DNA of 64,000 nt, taken from the sequence record SRR31156797_3824, one strand, 5' to 3'. How positions within the stretch are numbered: position 1 is the stretch's first letter; every line of letters starts with the position of its first letter. Below, in pieces: positions 20,597-30,563 of the stretch. A program made the position numbers and the translations under genes. The notes below the pieces were generated by a model. That model had not been told where the DNA came from. It searched no databases and was given only the letters and a program-made list of their open reading frames with translations.

Positions 20597-21700
20597 GTGA
20601 AAAAAAGCCTTCTACCCATTGCCTGTATGGCAGTGTTATTTGGTTGTGTTCAACCAACCGATAGAGCACAACAGTATTTAGATGACCCCTTCGAACGCAC
20701 TCTTAATCAAGTCGATGTCGTCGAGTCCAACAAGCCTAGAGATTTTACCGAGTTTACTAAGCAAAGTGAGCAAGTGGTTATCAATTCTCCGTCGATGACG
20801 GCGACGTTTGGCCCGCTTTACCTAAAGCTCAATGAGTGGGTAATAGAGAGTGGCGATACTACGGAACTGGGCAAGTTTGGTATTCAAGCTGCTCAATTGG
20901 GCGGTGGTGACAAGAAAGGTAATGTATTGTTTACCGGTTACTTTTCACCAGTGATTGAATTGCGCCATACACCGGATGAAACCTTTAAGTACCCAGTACA
21001 TGGCTTAGTCACTTGTGATACTGAGTGCCCGACTCGTGCAGATATTTATGCCGGAGCATTAGATGGACAAGGATTAGAGCTGGGCTATGCCGAGAACTTA
21101 ATTGATCCGTTTATTATGGAAGTGCAGGGCAGTGGATTTGTCCATTTTGGTGATGACGACACGCTAGAGTATTTCGCTTATGCCGGAAAGAACAATAAGG
21201 CTTATGTGAGCATTGGTCGTGTGCTAATTGAACGAGGATTAGTTGAGCGTGAAAAAATGTCTCTTAAAGCGATCAACGAATGGGCTCATGCGAATGATGA
21301 AGCAACCGTAAGAGAGCTGTTAGAACAGAACCCTTCTTATGTTTTCTTTGAGCCAAGAGCCGCTGCGCCAGTTACAGGTAGCGCAGGGATACCATTATTA
21401 CCCATGGCTTCAGTTGCGGGTGACAGAACCTTATTCCCAATGGGCACGCCAATTTTGGCCGAAGTCCCACTACTCAATGCGGATGGTACTTGGTCTGGTG
21501 CTCACCAGTTACGCCTACTGATTGTTCTGGATACTGGCGGTGCGGTGAAACAGAACCATCTGGATTTGTACCACGGTATGGGGCCACGAGCGGGAACCGA
21601 AGCGGGTCACTATAAGCACTTTGGCCGAGTGTGGAAGCTTGGGCTTGAGAACTCACCGCTGCAAGCTCCATGGGCGTTGCCGCCAGAAAAGCTGGAGTAA
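20597..21700 (+). CDS. mltA: membrane-bound lytic murein transglycosylase A
   Basis: Lipobox LFGC; FTGYFSP, VQGSG, NPSYVFF, LDTGGAVK..HLDLY; GTG start. Confidence 0.95.
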   Translation: MKKSLLPIACMAVLFGCVQPTDRAQQYLDDPFERTLNQVDVVESNKPRDFTEFTKQSEQVVINSPSMTATFGPLYLKLNEWVIESGDTTELGKFGIQAAQLGGGDKKGNVLFTGYFSPVIELRHTPDETFKYPVHGLVTCDTECPTRADIYAGALDGQGLELGYAENLIDPFIMEVQGSGFVHFGDDDTLEYFAYAGKNNKAYVSIGRVLIERGLVEREKMSLKAINEWAHANDEATVRELLEQNPSYVFFEPRAAAPVTGSAGIPLLPMASVAGDRTLFPMGTPILAEVPLLNADGTWSGAHQLRLLIVLDTGGAVKQNHLDLYHGMGPRAGTEAGHYKHFGRVWKLGLENSPLQAPWALPPEKLE

Positions 21701-21807
21701 CATTTATACCCACATAAGCTGGGAAATGTGATGTTCTGGACATTTCTATTAAGAGTGCGTATAAATCGCACTCTTTCTTTTTGTATCTCTTTATTTGGAT
21801 TGTTGTT

Positions 21808-22617
21808 ATGCGTGAACTCGATACTCCAGCCTCAGACAGCTATAACCAACGTTTCGGTGGTACTCGCCGTTTATATGGTAATAGTGAAGTTGACATATTA
21901 CGTGCTGCTCATGTGTGCGTGATTGGTATTGGTGGTGTCGGCTCGTGGGCGGTTGAAGCGTTAGCAAGAACCGGTATCGGTGAGTTAACCCTGATTGATA
22001 TGGATGACGTGTGCGTGACTAACATTAACCGTCAAATCCATGCGATGTCAGGCACGGTGGGTCAGAGCAAAATTGAAGTGATGGCTGAGCGTGTAAAGCT
22101 GATTAACCCTGAATGTAAGGTTAACTTGATTGATGACTTTATTACGCCAGACAATCAACATGAATATCTAACGAAAGAGTATGATTACGTTTTAGATGCG
22201 ATCGACAGTGTGAAAGCCAAAGCGTCACTGCTGGCTTATTGTCGTAGCAACAAAATCAAAGTGATCACGATTGGTGGCGCTGGTGGTCAAACCGATCCGA
22301 CACAAATTAAAGTCGCGGATTTAACCAAAACGATTCAGGATCCTTTAGCTAAGAAGATTAAAGATCGTTTGCGTCAGCATCATAATTTCCCAACCAATCC
22401 AGCACGTAAATTTGCTATTGATTGTGTATTCTCAACCGAGCACCTGAAATACCCACAAGCCGATGGTTCCGTTTGCGCAACCAAATCTACCGCTGAAGGG
22501 CCTAAACGCATGGATTGTGCTTCCGGTTTCGGTGCTGCAACCGTGGTAACAGCGTCATTTGGTTTTGTCGCAGTGGCGCGTATTGTTGAGAAAATCATTC
22601 AAAAATACAGCAACTAA
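21808..22617 (+). CDS. tcdA: tRNA threonylcarbamoyladenosine dehydratase
   Basis: GIGGVGSWAVEALARTG, DDVCVTNINRQ; adjacent to csdE/csdA. Confidence 0.93.
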   Translation: MRELDTPASDSYNQRFGGTRRLYGNSEVDILRAAHVCVIGIGGVGSWAVEALARTGIGELTLIDMDDVCVTNINRQIHAMSGTVGQSKIEVMAERVKLINPECKVNLIDDFITPDNQHEYLTKEYDYVLDAIDSVKAKASLLAYCRSNKIKVITIGGAGGQTDPTQIKVADLTKTIQDPLAKKIKDRLRQHHNFPTNPARKFAIDCVFSTEHLKYPQADGSVCATKSTAEGPKRMDCASGFGAATVVTASFGFVAVARIVEKIIQKYSN

Positions 22618-22634
22618 TTACTGGAGTATCCACC

Positions 22635-23063
22635 ATGACTGCTTTTCCAGCTTCGCCTTTCGGTACAGAAATCACCAGCGATCAGATTGTGCAAACGATG
22701 CAGAATTTTAAAGGTTGGGAAGATCGCTATCGTCAAGTGATTCAGTGGGGTAAAAAATTACCGGTTATGCCTGAAGAGCTGAAAAGTGAGCAGGTGATGG
22801 TGTCTGGCTGTGAAAGTTTAGTATGGCTGGTGAGCAAACAAGACAACGGCGTTTGGCATTTTTGTGCTGACTCTGACGCGCGCATTGTTCGCGGCTTGAT
22901 TGCCTTAGTGATGGCGGCTTTTGACGGCAAAACGTCTCAACAGATTCAGGATTTCGATGTCGATGGTTATTTTGAACAGTTGGGGTTAATTGCTCATTTG
23001 AGTCCTTCTCGTGGGAATGGCTTGAAGGCGATCGTCGACACAATTAAAAATACTGCAGTTTAA
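22635..23063 (+). CDS. csdE: sulfur acceptor protein CsdE (SufE family)
   Basis: WEDRYRQVI, VSGCES, DSDARIVRGL, LSPSRGNGL. Confidence 0.92.
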   Translation: MTAFPASPFGTEITSDQIVQTMQNFKGWEDRYRQVIQWGKKLPVMPEELKSEQVMVSGCESLVWLVSKQDNGVWHFCADSDARIVRGLIALVMAAFDGKTSQQIQDFDVDGYFEQLGLIAHLSPSRGNGLKAIVDTIKNTAV

Positions 23064-23077
23064 GTTTTACTTTATTG

Positions 23078-23286
23078 ATAGCCACGGTCGTGGCTATGTG
23101 ACTTTTTTCTGCAGGCAAAAAAGTCACCAAAAAGCCCGTTTGCCGGTATTCCTCTTATTCATTCAATTTCCACTCTGTTTCGAGCTACCGTGTTGTAGGC
23201 CACATCCTGTGTCTGTCAACACTTTGCCAGACGTCCTGTCTGGCATAGCTGAACATGGTTCCAATCGAATGGAGGAATAAGGCAAA
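23078..23286. repeat. highly structured intergenic element (MITE-like repeat or ncRNA)
   Basis: Two short hairpins (23078-23097, 23098-23127), then a ~150-nt multibranch fold closed by TTTGCC/GGCAAA and TATTCCTC/GAGGAATA. Confidence 0.65.
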
Positions 23287-23305
23287 GAAAACGACTAGGA
23301 CTGAC

Positions 23306-24517
23306 TTACAGCATGTCGACGGCTTTTTCGATGGCTGTAATTAAACGATCAACATCTTGTTCGGTGTTGTAGATACCAAACGAAATTCTCACCGTACCTT
23401 TGACATCAAACGCTTCCATTAAAGGGTGAGCGCAATGGTGACCTGCGCGCACTGCGATACCTTGTTGATCAAGCAGCGTTGCAAGATCCTGATGATGCAC
23501 TCCATCCATCACAATACTCAAAACACTCGCGTTGGGTTGGTATCCGAGTACCCGAATATCATCGAGGTTACTTAACGCTGCATAGGTTTTTTGCGTGAGT
23601 TTGTGAATATGTTGTTCAACCAGTTCTCTGTCAAAGCTTTGGTACCAGTCTATTGCCGTTGAAAGAGCGATGGCACCTGCGACATTGGGTGTTCCCGCTT
23701 CAAATTTGCCGGGCAGGCCTGAATAGGTCGTACCGGAAAACGAGACTTTCTCGACCATTTTTCCGCCGCCGTGCCAAGGTGGCATCGCCTCCAGTAGTTC
23801 TAACTTTCCGTAAAGAACCCCAATACCCGCAGGCGCATACAACTTATGCCCAGAGAAAACGTAAAAATCAGCCTCTAACATCGAGACATCGACTTTCTCA
23901 TGCACTATGCTTTGCGCACCATCAATAACGACAACCGCTCCTTTGTTGTGAGCCGCTTGAATCACCTGCTCAATCGGTTGACGGCAGCCCGTCACGTTGG
24001 TGATCTGAGCTAATGCGACGATTTTGGTGTTCGTGGTTAGTAGCTGATGAAACGCCGCTAAATCGAACTCGCCGTTGTTCGTCATCGGCACTTTGACGAT
24101 AGTTGCGCCTGTCTGCTCAGCAACTATTTGCCAAGGCACGATATTGGCGTGGTGTTCCATCTCACTAATCAGGATCTCATCACCGGCTTTAAGCGTATTT
24201 CTCGCGTAAGTTTGAGCGATTAGGTTCAGAGCTTCCGTTGCGCCACGTGTCCAGATAATGCTTTTGCTACTTGGCGCGCCAATAAATTCAGCGACATTAT
24301 CACGGGCTGCTTCAAATTGGCTGGTCGCATGGGCGGTTAAACTGTGGCTACCGCGGTGAACATTGGCATTTTGTGCACTGTAGTAACGAGTAATCGCATC
24401 GATCACCACTTGAGGTTTCTGCGTTGTGGCGGCACTGTCTAAATAGATTAATGGCTCACCGTTTACCTGTTGAGAAAGTGCCGGGAACTGAGCGCGGATA
24501 GCGTTAACGTCGAGCAT
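23306..24517 (-). CDS. csdA: cysteine desulfurase CsdA
   Basis: YLDSAATTQKP, FSGHK (PLP lysine), VRAGHHCA. Confidence 0.93.
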   Translation of the reverse strand: MLDVNAIRAQFPALSQQVNGEPLIYLDSAATTQKPQVVIDAITRYYSAQNANVHRGSHSLTAHATSQFEAARDNVAEFIGAPSSKSIIWTRGATEALNLIAQTYARNTLKAGDEILISEMEHHANIVPWQIVAEQTGATIVKVPMTNNGEFDLAAFHQLLTTNTKIVALAQITNVTGCRQPIEQVIQAAHNKGAVVVIDGAQSIVHEKVDVSMLEADFYVFSGHKLYAPAGIGVLYGKLELLEAMPPWHGGGKMVEKVSFSGTTYSGLPGKFEAGTPNVAGAIALSTAIDWYQSFDRELVEQHIHKLTQKTYAALSNLDDIRVLGYQPNASVLSIVMDGVHHQDLATLLDQQGIAVRAGHHCAHPLMEAFDVKGTVRISFGIYNTEQDVDRLITAIEKAVDML

Positions 24518-25117
24518 TTACCCTTCACCCAGCTTTTCATAATTGAGTTGCGGAACCGGAACCATTGGCAAAGCCACTTCTTTTGCCAAAGCTTTGCCGG
24601 AAAGCTGAACGATAATCTCAATCGCGAATTCTAAAGCAGTACCTGGACCCTGGCTGGTCAACAGGTTGTTGTTGACGTCATACGTCACACGGCGGTTACG
24701 CCATAGTTCTTCTGGGATGTGCTCTTTAAAACTTGGGTGGCCAGTCATTAGCGTATCAGGGAACAGATCGTGATGAATCAGAACAACGGCAGGTGCGGCA
24801 CAAATTGCAGCCACTAAGCGACCATCGTATTTTTGCTGCTTCAGCATCTCAATCAGAACGGTACTGTCACGAAAGTTTTCAGAGCCTTGAACACCACCCG
24901 GTAGTACGATGGCGTCAAACTCGTCATCAGCAATATCAACCAGTTTACAATCAGCGGTTAGGGTAACACCGCGTGACGCTTTCATTGTGAGATTACCGTC
25001 GAAGTCCGCACTGGCAACGACAACTTGGTATCCAGCGCGGACCAGAATATCAATGATGGTGACCGCTTCCATCTCCTCCGTGCCAGGAGCGATAGGAACG
25101 AGTATGCGTTTTGTCAT
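24518..25117 (-). CDS. yajL: DJ-1/YajL/ThiJ family protein
   Basis: GTEEMEAV, VLPGG, AAICAAP, TSQGPGTA. Confidence 0.9.
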   Translation of the reverse strand: MTKRILVPIAPGTEEMEAVTIIDILVRAGYQVVVASADFDGNLTMKASRGVTLTADCKLVDIADDEFDAIVLPGGVQGSENFRDSTVLIEMLKQQKYDGRLVAAICAAPAVVLIHHDLFPDTLMTGHPSFKEHIPEELWRNRRVTYDVNNNLLTSQGPGTALEFAIEIIVQLSGKALAKEVALPMVPVPQLNYEKLGEG

Positions 25118-25121
25118 GATG

Positions 25122-26003
25122 TTATCCGTTTTGTTCTAATGTCTTAATTTGTTTGTATAACTCAGCATTGGCTGGAACTGCGATACCATGTTGCTGAGCT
25201 TTGCGTACGACATATCCAGTTATAAAGTCTATCTCGGTTTGACGATGATAGAAAATATCCTGATGCATAGAAGATTTGTTAGCCGCTGTCGCTGAGATAA
25301 CCTTGTCTATGGTTTGTGCTAATTGCTCTTGATTTACCGCAATATTCTCAGTAGCCATAACGGTTACGACTTCTTCAATAATGCTATCCAGAGTTGAGCG
25401 ATATGTCTCTTTGGCTAACTCTCCATTCAAGCATTGATGTATAGCCGTTAACGGGTTTATTGCGCAGTTTATCGCGAGCTTGTTCCATAAGGCCTGAATA
25501 ATGTTTGGGTTCCATTCAACCGCTGGCAGTGCGTGGTTAAAAACATCAACAACAAAAGAGCACTGCTCACCAATTGTGTTTAATGCCCCCATTTGGGTAT
25601 TGCCTAAACCAGTATGTTTGACATGGTGAGAATCAGGCTTTAAAGCACCGTGAGTGGTTGTGGCGATGATAACGGGATAAGCTGAAATCTGTGATTTGAT
25701 TTCATCGATAGCTCCCATTCCGTTGTGCATAAATAGCAGAATCGCATCTTTGCTAATGTGCTGCAGAATCGGTTTGATGGCCTTAGAGACTTGCCATGCT
25801 TTAACTGTAATCAGAATAAGATCGGCATCGACCAGTGTTTGGGTTTGGTTATAAGCAAACTCAACGCTTGTTTGGTCATCGAATGACAGCGCCCATTTTT
25901 GAGCGGATTGAGTTCCCCAAAGCGCAATGTTATGTCCCGCTTGGTGAAGTTTACATGCCCATAAACTTCCGATAGCACCCGGCCCAACAACCACAATATT
26001 CAT
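25122..26003 (-). CDS. panE: 2-dehydropantoate 2-reductase
   Basis: MNIVVVGPGAIG, HNGMG, WNKLAINCAINPLTA, SSMHQD..TEIDFITG; start at ATG 26003. Confidence 0.93.
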   Translation of the reverse strand: MNIVVVGPGAIGSLWACKLHQAGHNIALWGTQSAQKWALSFDDQTSVEFAYNQTQTLVDADLILITVKAWQVSKAIKPILQHISKDAILLFMHNGMGAIDEIKSQISAYPVIIATTTHGALKPDSHHVKHTGLGNTQMGALNTIGEQCSFVVDVFNHALPAVEWNPNIIQALWNKLAINCAINPLTAIHQCLNGELAKETYRSTLDSIIEEVVTVMATENIAVNQEQLAQTIDKVISATAANKSSMHQDIFYHRQTEIDFITGYVVRKAQQHGIAVPANAELYKQIKTLEQNG

Positions 26004-26067
26004 AGCTTTTAGCCTCTGATAAACATAGCTTTCGGCTAAGGATAATGAGTCACAAATTGAAAGCAAT

Positions 26068-26092
26068 AAAAAAGGCGCCAATTGGCGCCTTT
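26068..26092 (-). terminator. terminator of ompK
   Basis: AAAGGCGCC-AATT-GGCGCCTTT with A-run on the left. Confidence 0.85.
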
Positions 26093-26114
26093 CAAGCAAT
26101 TTTAGCTACAAATC

Positions 26115-26918
26115 TTAGAATTTGTATGTTGCTGAGATGTAGTGACCGAAGCCAGTAGACTTGAAGCCATCTGTATCTTTAATACCGTAGATATCTTTGT
26201 AACCTTTTAGACCGTAACCTAGAGCGAAGCGGTCCGAATGCCAGTAAATACCGTTAAACATAGCACCACCTTCGTTCGCTGTTGAGTATTCATCTTTCAT
26301 ACCAAATTGGTAATCGATGTAACCTTGGTAAGAGATGAATGAACCGTTGTCGAAGAAGTAGAAAGGTTTGAACCAGTTAACTGCAAAGTGGTAACCGTTC
26401 CAGTCTTTTTTGTTACCGTCGTATGCACCGTATAGGTTCATACCAACTTTACCTAACCAAGGAACCATTACGTCAGAACCAAGACCGATTTTTTGGTTGT
26501 TAACTGAGTATGCATCTGCAGCACTTGAAGCTCCGTCCCACTCGATTAGAGAAGCTACGTAAAGCTCTTGAACTGGACCGAAAGACAGGTCTTTACCTGT
26601 TAGGGCATCCAGAGACATACGAGGAGCAAATTTCATAAAGATTTTGCTGTTCGCGTCTGCTTTATCGCTGCTTGAGTCGCTAGTTAGGTTGAATACATCT
26701 ACGTAACCGTATAGATCGAAGATACCCGAGCGACCACCAAATTCCATCTCTAGGTAGTCGTGGTCAGATTCACCAGGTAGCTCGTTAAAAGCACCCATCA
26801 GGTTAAATTGAAGCCACTTGTAATCATTTTTGTGGATATCGCCATCAGTGTAATCAGCAGCCATAACCGGTGCAGAAGTTGCTGCTAATAGACCAAGAGT
26901 AAGAAGTGATTTACGCAT
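26115..26918 (-). CDS. ompK: outer membrane protein OmpK (Tsx-like nucleoside channel)
   Basis: ADYTDGDIHKNDYKWLQFNLM, HDYLEMEFGGRSG, C-terminal YKF. Confidence 0.95.
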   Translation of the reverse strand: MRKSLLTLGLLAATSAPVMAADYTDGDIHKNDYKWLQFNLMGAFNELPGESDHDYLEMEFGGRSGIFDLYGYVDVFNLTSDSSSDKADANSKIFMKFAPRMSLDALTGKDLSFGPVQELYVASLIEWDGASSAADAYSVNNQKIGLGSDVMVPWLGKVGMNLYGAYDGNKKDWNGYHFAVNWFKPFYFFDNGSFISYQGYIDYQFGMKDEYSTANEGGAMFNGIYWHSDRFALGYGLKGYKDIYGIKDTDGFKSTGFGHYISATYKF

Positions 26919-26991
26919 AAGGGTAACTCTCTATGTTTTGTATCAATTCAGGAGCGGTTTGATTACCGCCTGTTCAATTTGGGTGAATAAT

Positions 26992-27060
26992 AGCGATTTA
27001 AATCTCAATTAAAAGTGAGATAAAGTGCAAAACTGATTTAATTTGGTGATTTATGTCTCA
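26992..27060. promoter_or_regulatory. tandem CRP-like sites 53 bp apart with an intervening CytR-like half site
   Basis: AGCGA-N6-TCTCA (26992) and GGTGA-N6-TCTCA (27045); AGTGCAAA between them. Confidence 0.65.
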
Positions 27061-27497
27061 TATTTAATTTTGTTTTATGAACTTTTTTGTTGTTGCATTT
27101 TATTGCATTAGATGTGTGATCTTTATTGTTGTTTGTGCGGTATAAATAAAGTTTTAACCAAATCGAATAAACAACAAAAAGAGTGAATATGAAGTGCTAT
27201 AAAATGTTTTAGAGCTATTTTTCTTGTTGTGATGCTTGTTGTATATAGGTTTGTGGCGAGGGGTAAGGGTATTAGAAGTATAAATTATTGGCGCTGTATA
27301 TATATTGGTAATTTATTTCATGTGCACAGTTGTTTTTATTATTCAAATTTATTTATTAAATATGTGTAATTGGTTGTCATTTATTAATCAAAGCAATGGG
27401 TTAGGTTGTGCTAATTTTAGCCGCTGTTTGTAAAGTATTCCTGGTAGGCATTCTTTTGGGTGTATGATTGTGAACTGTTTTGTTGTTTGGTACTGGT

Positions 27498-28919
27498 ATG
27501 GCTGAAACCGTTGATAAAAAAACCTTCCTGACTATTTTTACTACCGTATTTTTGCCGATGTTTTTAGCGGCAATTGATCAAACATTATTAGCGACGGCGA
27601 CACCAATAATGGTAAGAGATCTTGGAAACATCCAACTCTCTTCATGGATTGCGATTGGTTATATGCTCGCTGGCGCAGCGTCTGTTCCCGTCTATGGCTG
27701 GCTGGGTGACCAATATGGGCGCAAGAAAATGTTGATGATGGCACTGGTTATATTCGCTATTGGTTCAGTGCTTTGTGCTTTAGCCAGTTCAATGAGTGGT
27801 CTTGTCTTTGGCCGAATTGTTCAGGGGTTGGGTAGTGGTGGTTTGATGAGCTTGTCTCAAGCCTTGATCAGCGAGTTTGTTCCACCAAGGCAACGAGCGA
27901 GATTTCAGGGGTATTTTGCTTCTCTATTTGCGCTTTCAAGTATTTGTGGCCCGGTACTCGGTGGTGTCATGGTGACCTATTTGACCTGGCATTGGTTATT
28001 TTGGTTCAACATACCACTCATTGCGTTTGCTCTTTTTCGATTAGCGAAGCTAGAACAAACCGCCAGTAAACCGGTGAAAAAGCCGGTCGACTTCTTTGGT
28101 TTAATGCTGTTTCCAACCATGATGACTGTGATTATCTATTGGTTGTCCGCAGGCGGTCACTACTTTGAATGGCAATCAACAACCAGTGTGATCTTATTCG
28201 CGGTATTTGCGGCTTTGAGTGTGATTTTTGTGTTTCAGCAAAAGAGAGTCGAATATTCGTTTTTGCCCGTCTCTTTATTGACGCGCAAAGAGATTTATAT
28301 TCCGCTGACATCCACATTCCTATTTGCTGCTTGTCTGTTCTCTTTAGTGTTCTTTTTACCCATTTTTCTACAAGTCGGTCTGGATACCAGTGCAGCAAAG
28401 GCAGGGCTACTATTGATGCCTCTTTCAGCTGGCATTATTTGTGGCTCTTACACCACAGGTAAAGTGATCTCAAAAACAGGCGTACCTAAATGGTTGCCGG
28501 TTATAGGGATGTCTTTTAGTAGTGTCTCATTCTTTGCTTTAGGCTTACTTGAGTTATCCCCTTATCTCGCGAGTAGCTTGGCTTGTTTGTGCGGGTTAGG
28601 CTTTGGTACGGTCATGCCATCGACGCAGTTACTGATTCAAACTGTTGCGGGTAAAGCACATTTAGGACGTATTACTTCCATGGGGTCATTGAGCCGATCA
28701 TTGGGGGCTTCTGTTGGAACAGCGGTGTTTGGGACGCTCATCTATTCACTGATCCCGACATTTAGTGCAGAAGGTTCACTGAGTGAGCTGCTTAAAACAC
28801 CTAAGCCTGTCATTGTTGACGCATTTCAAACCGCTTTTGTTGTCGCAGGTTTGCTGGCACTGGTGTGTGCAGTCAATGCGGCCCGAGCGCCACGTATACA
28901 CTTAGATGATTACGCATAA
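27498..28919 (+). CDS. MFS transporter, DHA2/14-TM drug-efflux type
   Basis: FLAAIDQTLLATATP, GWLGDQYGRKK, RIVQGLGSGG. Confidence 0.9.
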   Translation: MAETVDKKTFLTIFTTVFLPMFLAAIDQTLLATATPIMVRDLGNIQLSSWIAIGYMLAGAASVPVYGWLGDQYGRKKMLMMALVIFAIGSVLCALASSMSGLVFGRIVQGLGSGGLMSLSQALISEFVPPRQRARFQGYFASLFALSSICGPVLGGVMVTYLTWHWLFWFNIPLIAFALFRLAKLEQTASKPVKKPVDFFGLMLFPTMMTVIIYWLSAGGHYFEWQSTTSVILFAVFAALSVIFVFQQKRVEYSFLPVSLLTRKEIYIPLTSTFLFAACLFSLVFFLPIFLQVGLDTSAAKAGLLLMPLSAGIICGSYTTGKVISKTGVPKWLPVIGMSFSSVSFFALGLLELSPYLASSLACLCGLGFGTVMPSTQLLIQTVAGKAHLGRITSMGSLSRSLGASVGTAVFGTLIYSLIPTFSAEGSLSELLKTPKPVIVDAFQTAFVVAGLLALVCAVNAARAPRIHLDDYA

Positions 28920-28945
28920 AAAGGGCCTGCTTGGGAAGGCAGGCC
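28918..28945 (-). terminator. terminator of the pgtP-pyk transcript (possibly bidirectional)
   Basis: GGCCTGC-N8-GCAGGCC with A-run on the left. Confidence 0.65.
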
Positions 28946-29013
28946 AAAAAATCCCTGTGGAGCAGGGGAGGGTTCGGTCACGAGGGGGACCTATTAGCGC
29001 ACAAGCCCTACAC

Positions 29014-30477
29014 TTATGCGGCTAATTCTTCATTGCTGTTAAGGTGCAATAGTCGACATACATTGACACTGCCAACGCCTTCAACCGATTCCAACTGGGT
29101 AACAAGCAGCGACGAAATGTTTTTTTCAATCGCTTGAGTTGAAAGGTGCATCAGTAACTGTTGTGCCAGTTTCTCGGCATTCTGCTCGATGTTCGCCATG
29201 TAAATCGGAGTAACACCGCGCAATATGGACATCTTGCTTAGTAGTTCCGGCTTGTCTGAAACAGCCCAAATCGTTGCCTGACTTTGACAGCGAGACATTA
29301 ACAGTGGCGTTTCACCATGCTGAGTAATAATGGCGACACCGAGATCTTTGTGTACTTTTGACGCTGAGATCATTGATGACAGAGCGAAGCTCTTGCCCGC
29401 ATCATTGCAAAGGTGATGGAGTTTATCCCAACAGTCTTGAGCGCACGTGTTTTGCTCTTCGGCACCTGTTGCGATTCGTACCATGGCTTGGACTGCTTCT
29501 ACTGGGTACTGTCCTGCAGCCGATTCTGCCGACAGCATGATAGCATCTGTACCGTCGATGATAGCGTTAGCAACATCCAATACTTCCGCACGTGTTGGTA
29601 GTGGATTCTCAATCATCGATTCCATCATTTGCGTGGCGGTGATCACCGGTTTACCCAAATGTTTTGCTCGTGTAATTAAGGTTTTCTGTACATGTGGCAG
29701 GCGAGCATCGCCAATTTCAACACCAAGATCACCACGAGCAACCATGATCACATCAGAAGCGTGAATAATATCGTCCATTGCTTCAATACTGCTTACCACT
29801 TCAGCACGCTCAACTTTAGCCACAATATGCGCGTGACAACCGGCTTTAACTGCAAGTTCACGTGCATAGTCAATCTCGCCACCATTGCGTGGGAAAGAGA
29901 TCGCTAGGAAGTCGGCTTTAAGTTTTGCGGCTGTGAGAATATCTTGCTTATCTTTATCTGTCAGCGCAGGGGCTGACAAACCACCGCCCAATAGGTTAAT
30001 ACCTTTGCGGTTTGATAGCTTGCCATTATTGATAACTTGGGTTGTTACCAGCTCAATCTCTTTGTTGACGTCGGTGACTTTAAGCTGAACGCGGCCATCA
30101 TCAAGTAACAGGATATCGCCACAATTTAAGTCTTGAATCAGTTGCGGGTAATCTAAGCCAACGCGCTCTTGGTTGCCTGCGTTTACGTCTAGCCGACCAT
30201 CAAGAAGGAAGCGGTCGCCAGCGTTAAGTTGAATGCTGCCCTGTTCAAAACATGAGATACGGATTTTGGGACCTTGCAAATCCACCAATACACCGACGTT
30301 GACATTAAGTTCTTTTGCAATTGAGCGAACAAGCTCTGCACGTTCAATATGTTCTTCTGCAGTGCCATGGGAAAAGTTGAGTCGCACAACGTTAACGCCA
30401 GCGCGGATAAGTTGAGTCAGTTTTTCTCTTGTTTGACTAGCAGGGCCGAGTGTGGCGACAATTTTGGTCTTACACAT
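29014..30477 (-). CDS. pyk: pyruvate kinase (type II-like paralog)
   Basis: KTKIVATLGP, RLNFSHG, DLQGPKIR, MVARGDLGVE, ATQMMESM; divergent C-terminus. Confidence 0.95.
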   Translation of the reverse strand: MCKTKIVATLGPASQTREKLTQLIRAGVNVVRLNFSHGTAEEHIERAELVRSIAKELNVNVGVLVDLQGPKIRISCFEQGSIQLNAGDRFLLDGRLDVNAGNQERVGLDYPQLIQDLNCGDILLLDDGRVQLKVTDVNKEIELVTTQVINNGKLSNRKGINLLGGGLSAPALTDKDKQDILTAAKLKADFLAISFPRNGGEIDYARELAVKAGCHAHIVAKVERAEVVSSIEAMDDIIHASDVIMVARGDLGVEIGDARLPHVQKTLITRAKHLGKPVITATQMMESMIENPLPTRAEVLDVANAIIDGTDAIMLSAESAAGQYPVEAVQAMVRIATGAEEQNTCAQDCWDKLHHLCNDAGKSFALSSMISASKVHKDLGVAIITQHGETPLLMSRCQSQATIWAVSDKPELLSKMSILRGVTPIYMANIEQNAEKLAQQLLMHLSTQAIEKNISSLLVTQLESVEGVGSVNVCRLLHLNSNEELAA

Positions 30478-30527
30478 ATAAAAATTCCTATAACAACGTT
30501 ACATAAGATGAGAAAGAGAGAAGGGAT

Positions 30528-30551
30528 GAAGGAGCTGAAAACAGCTCCTTC
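30528..30551 (-). other. intercistronic stem-loop between pgtP and pyk
   Basis: GAAGGAGCTG-AAAA-CAGCTCCTTC; no U-run on the minus strand. Confidence 0.6.
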
Positions 30552-30563
30552 TATTCGTAACGT

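Noticed and set aside
23098..23280. 60-aa ORF between csdE and csdA
   Set aside because: Coincides with the palindromic element; better explained as non-coding structure.
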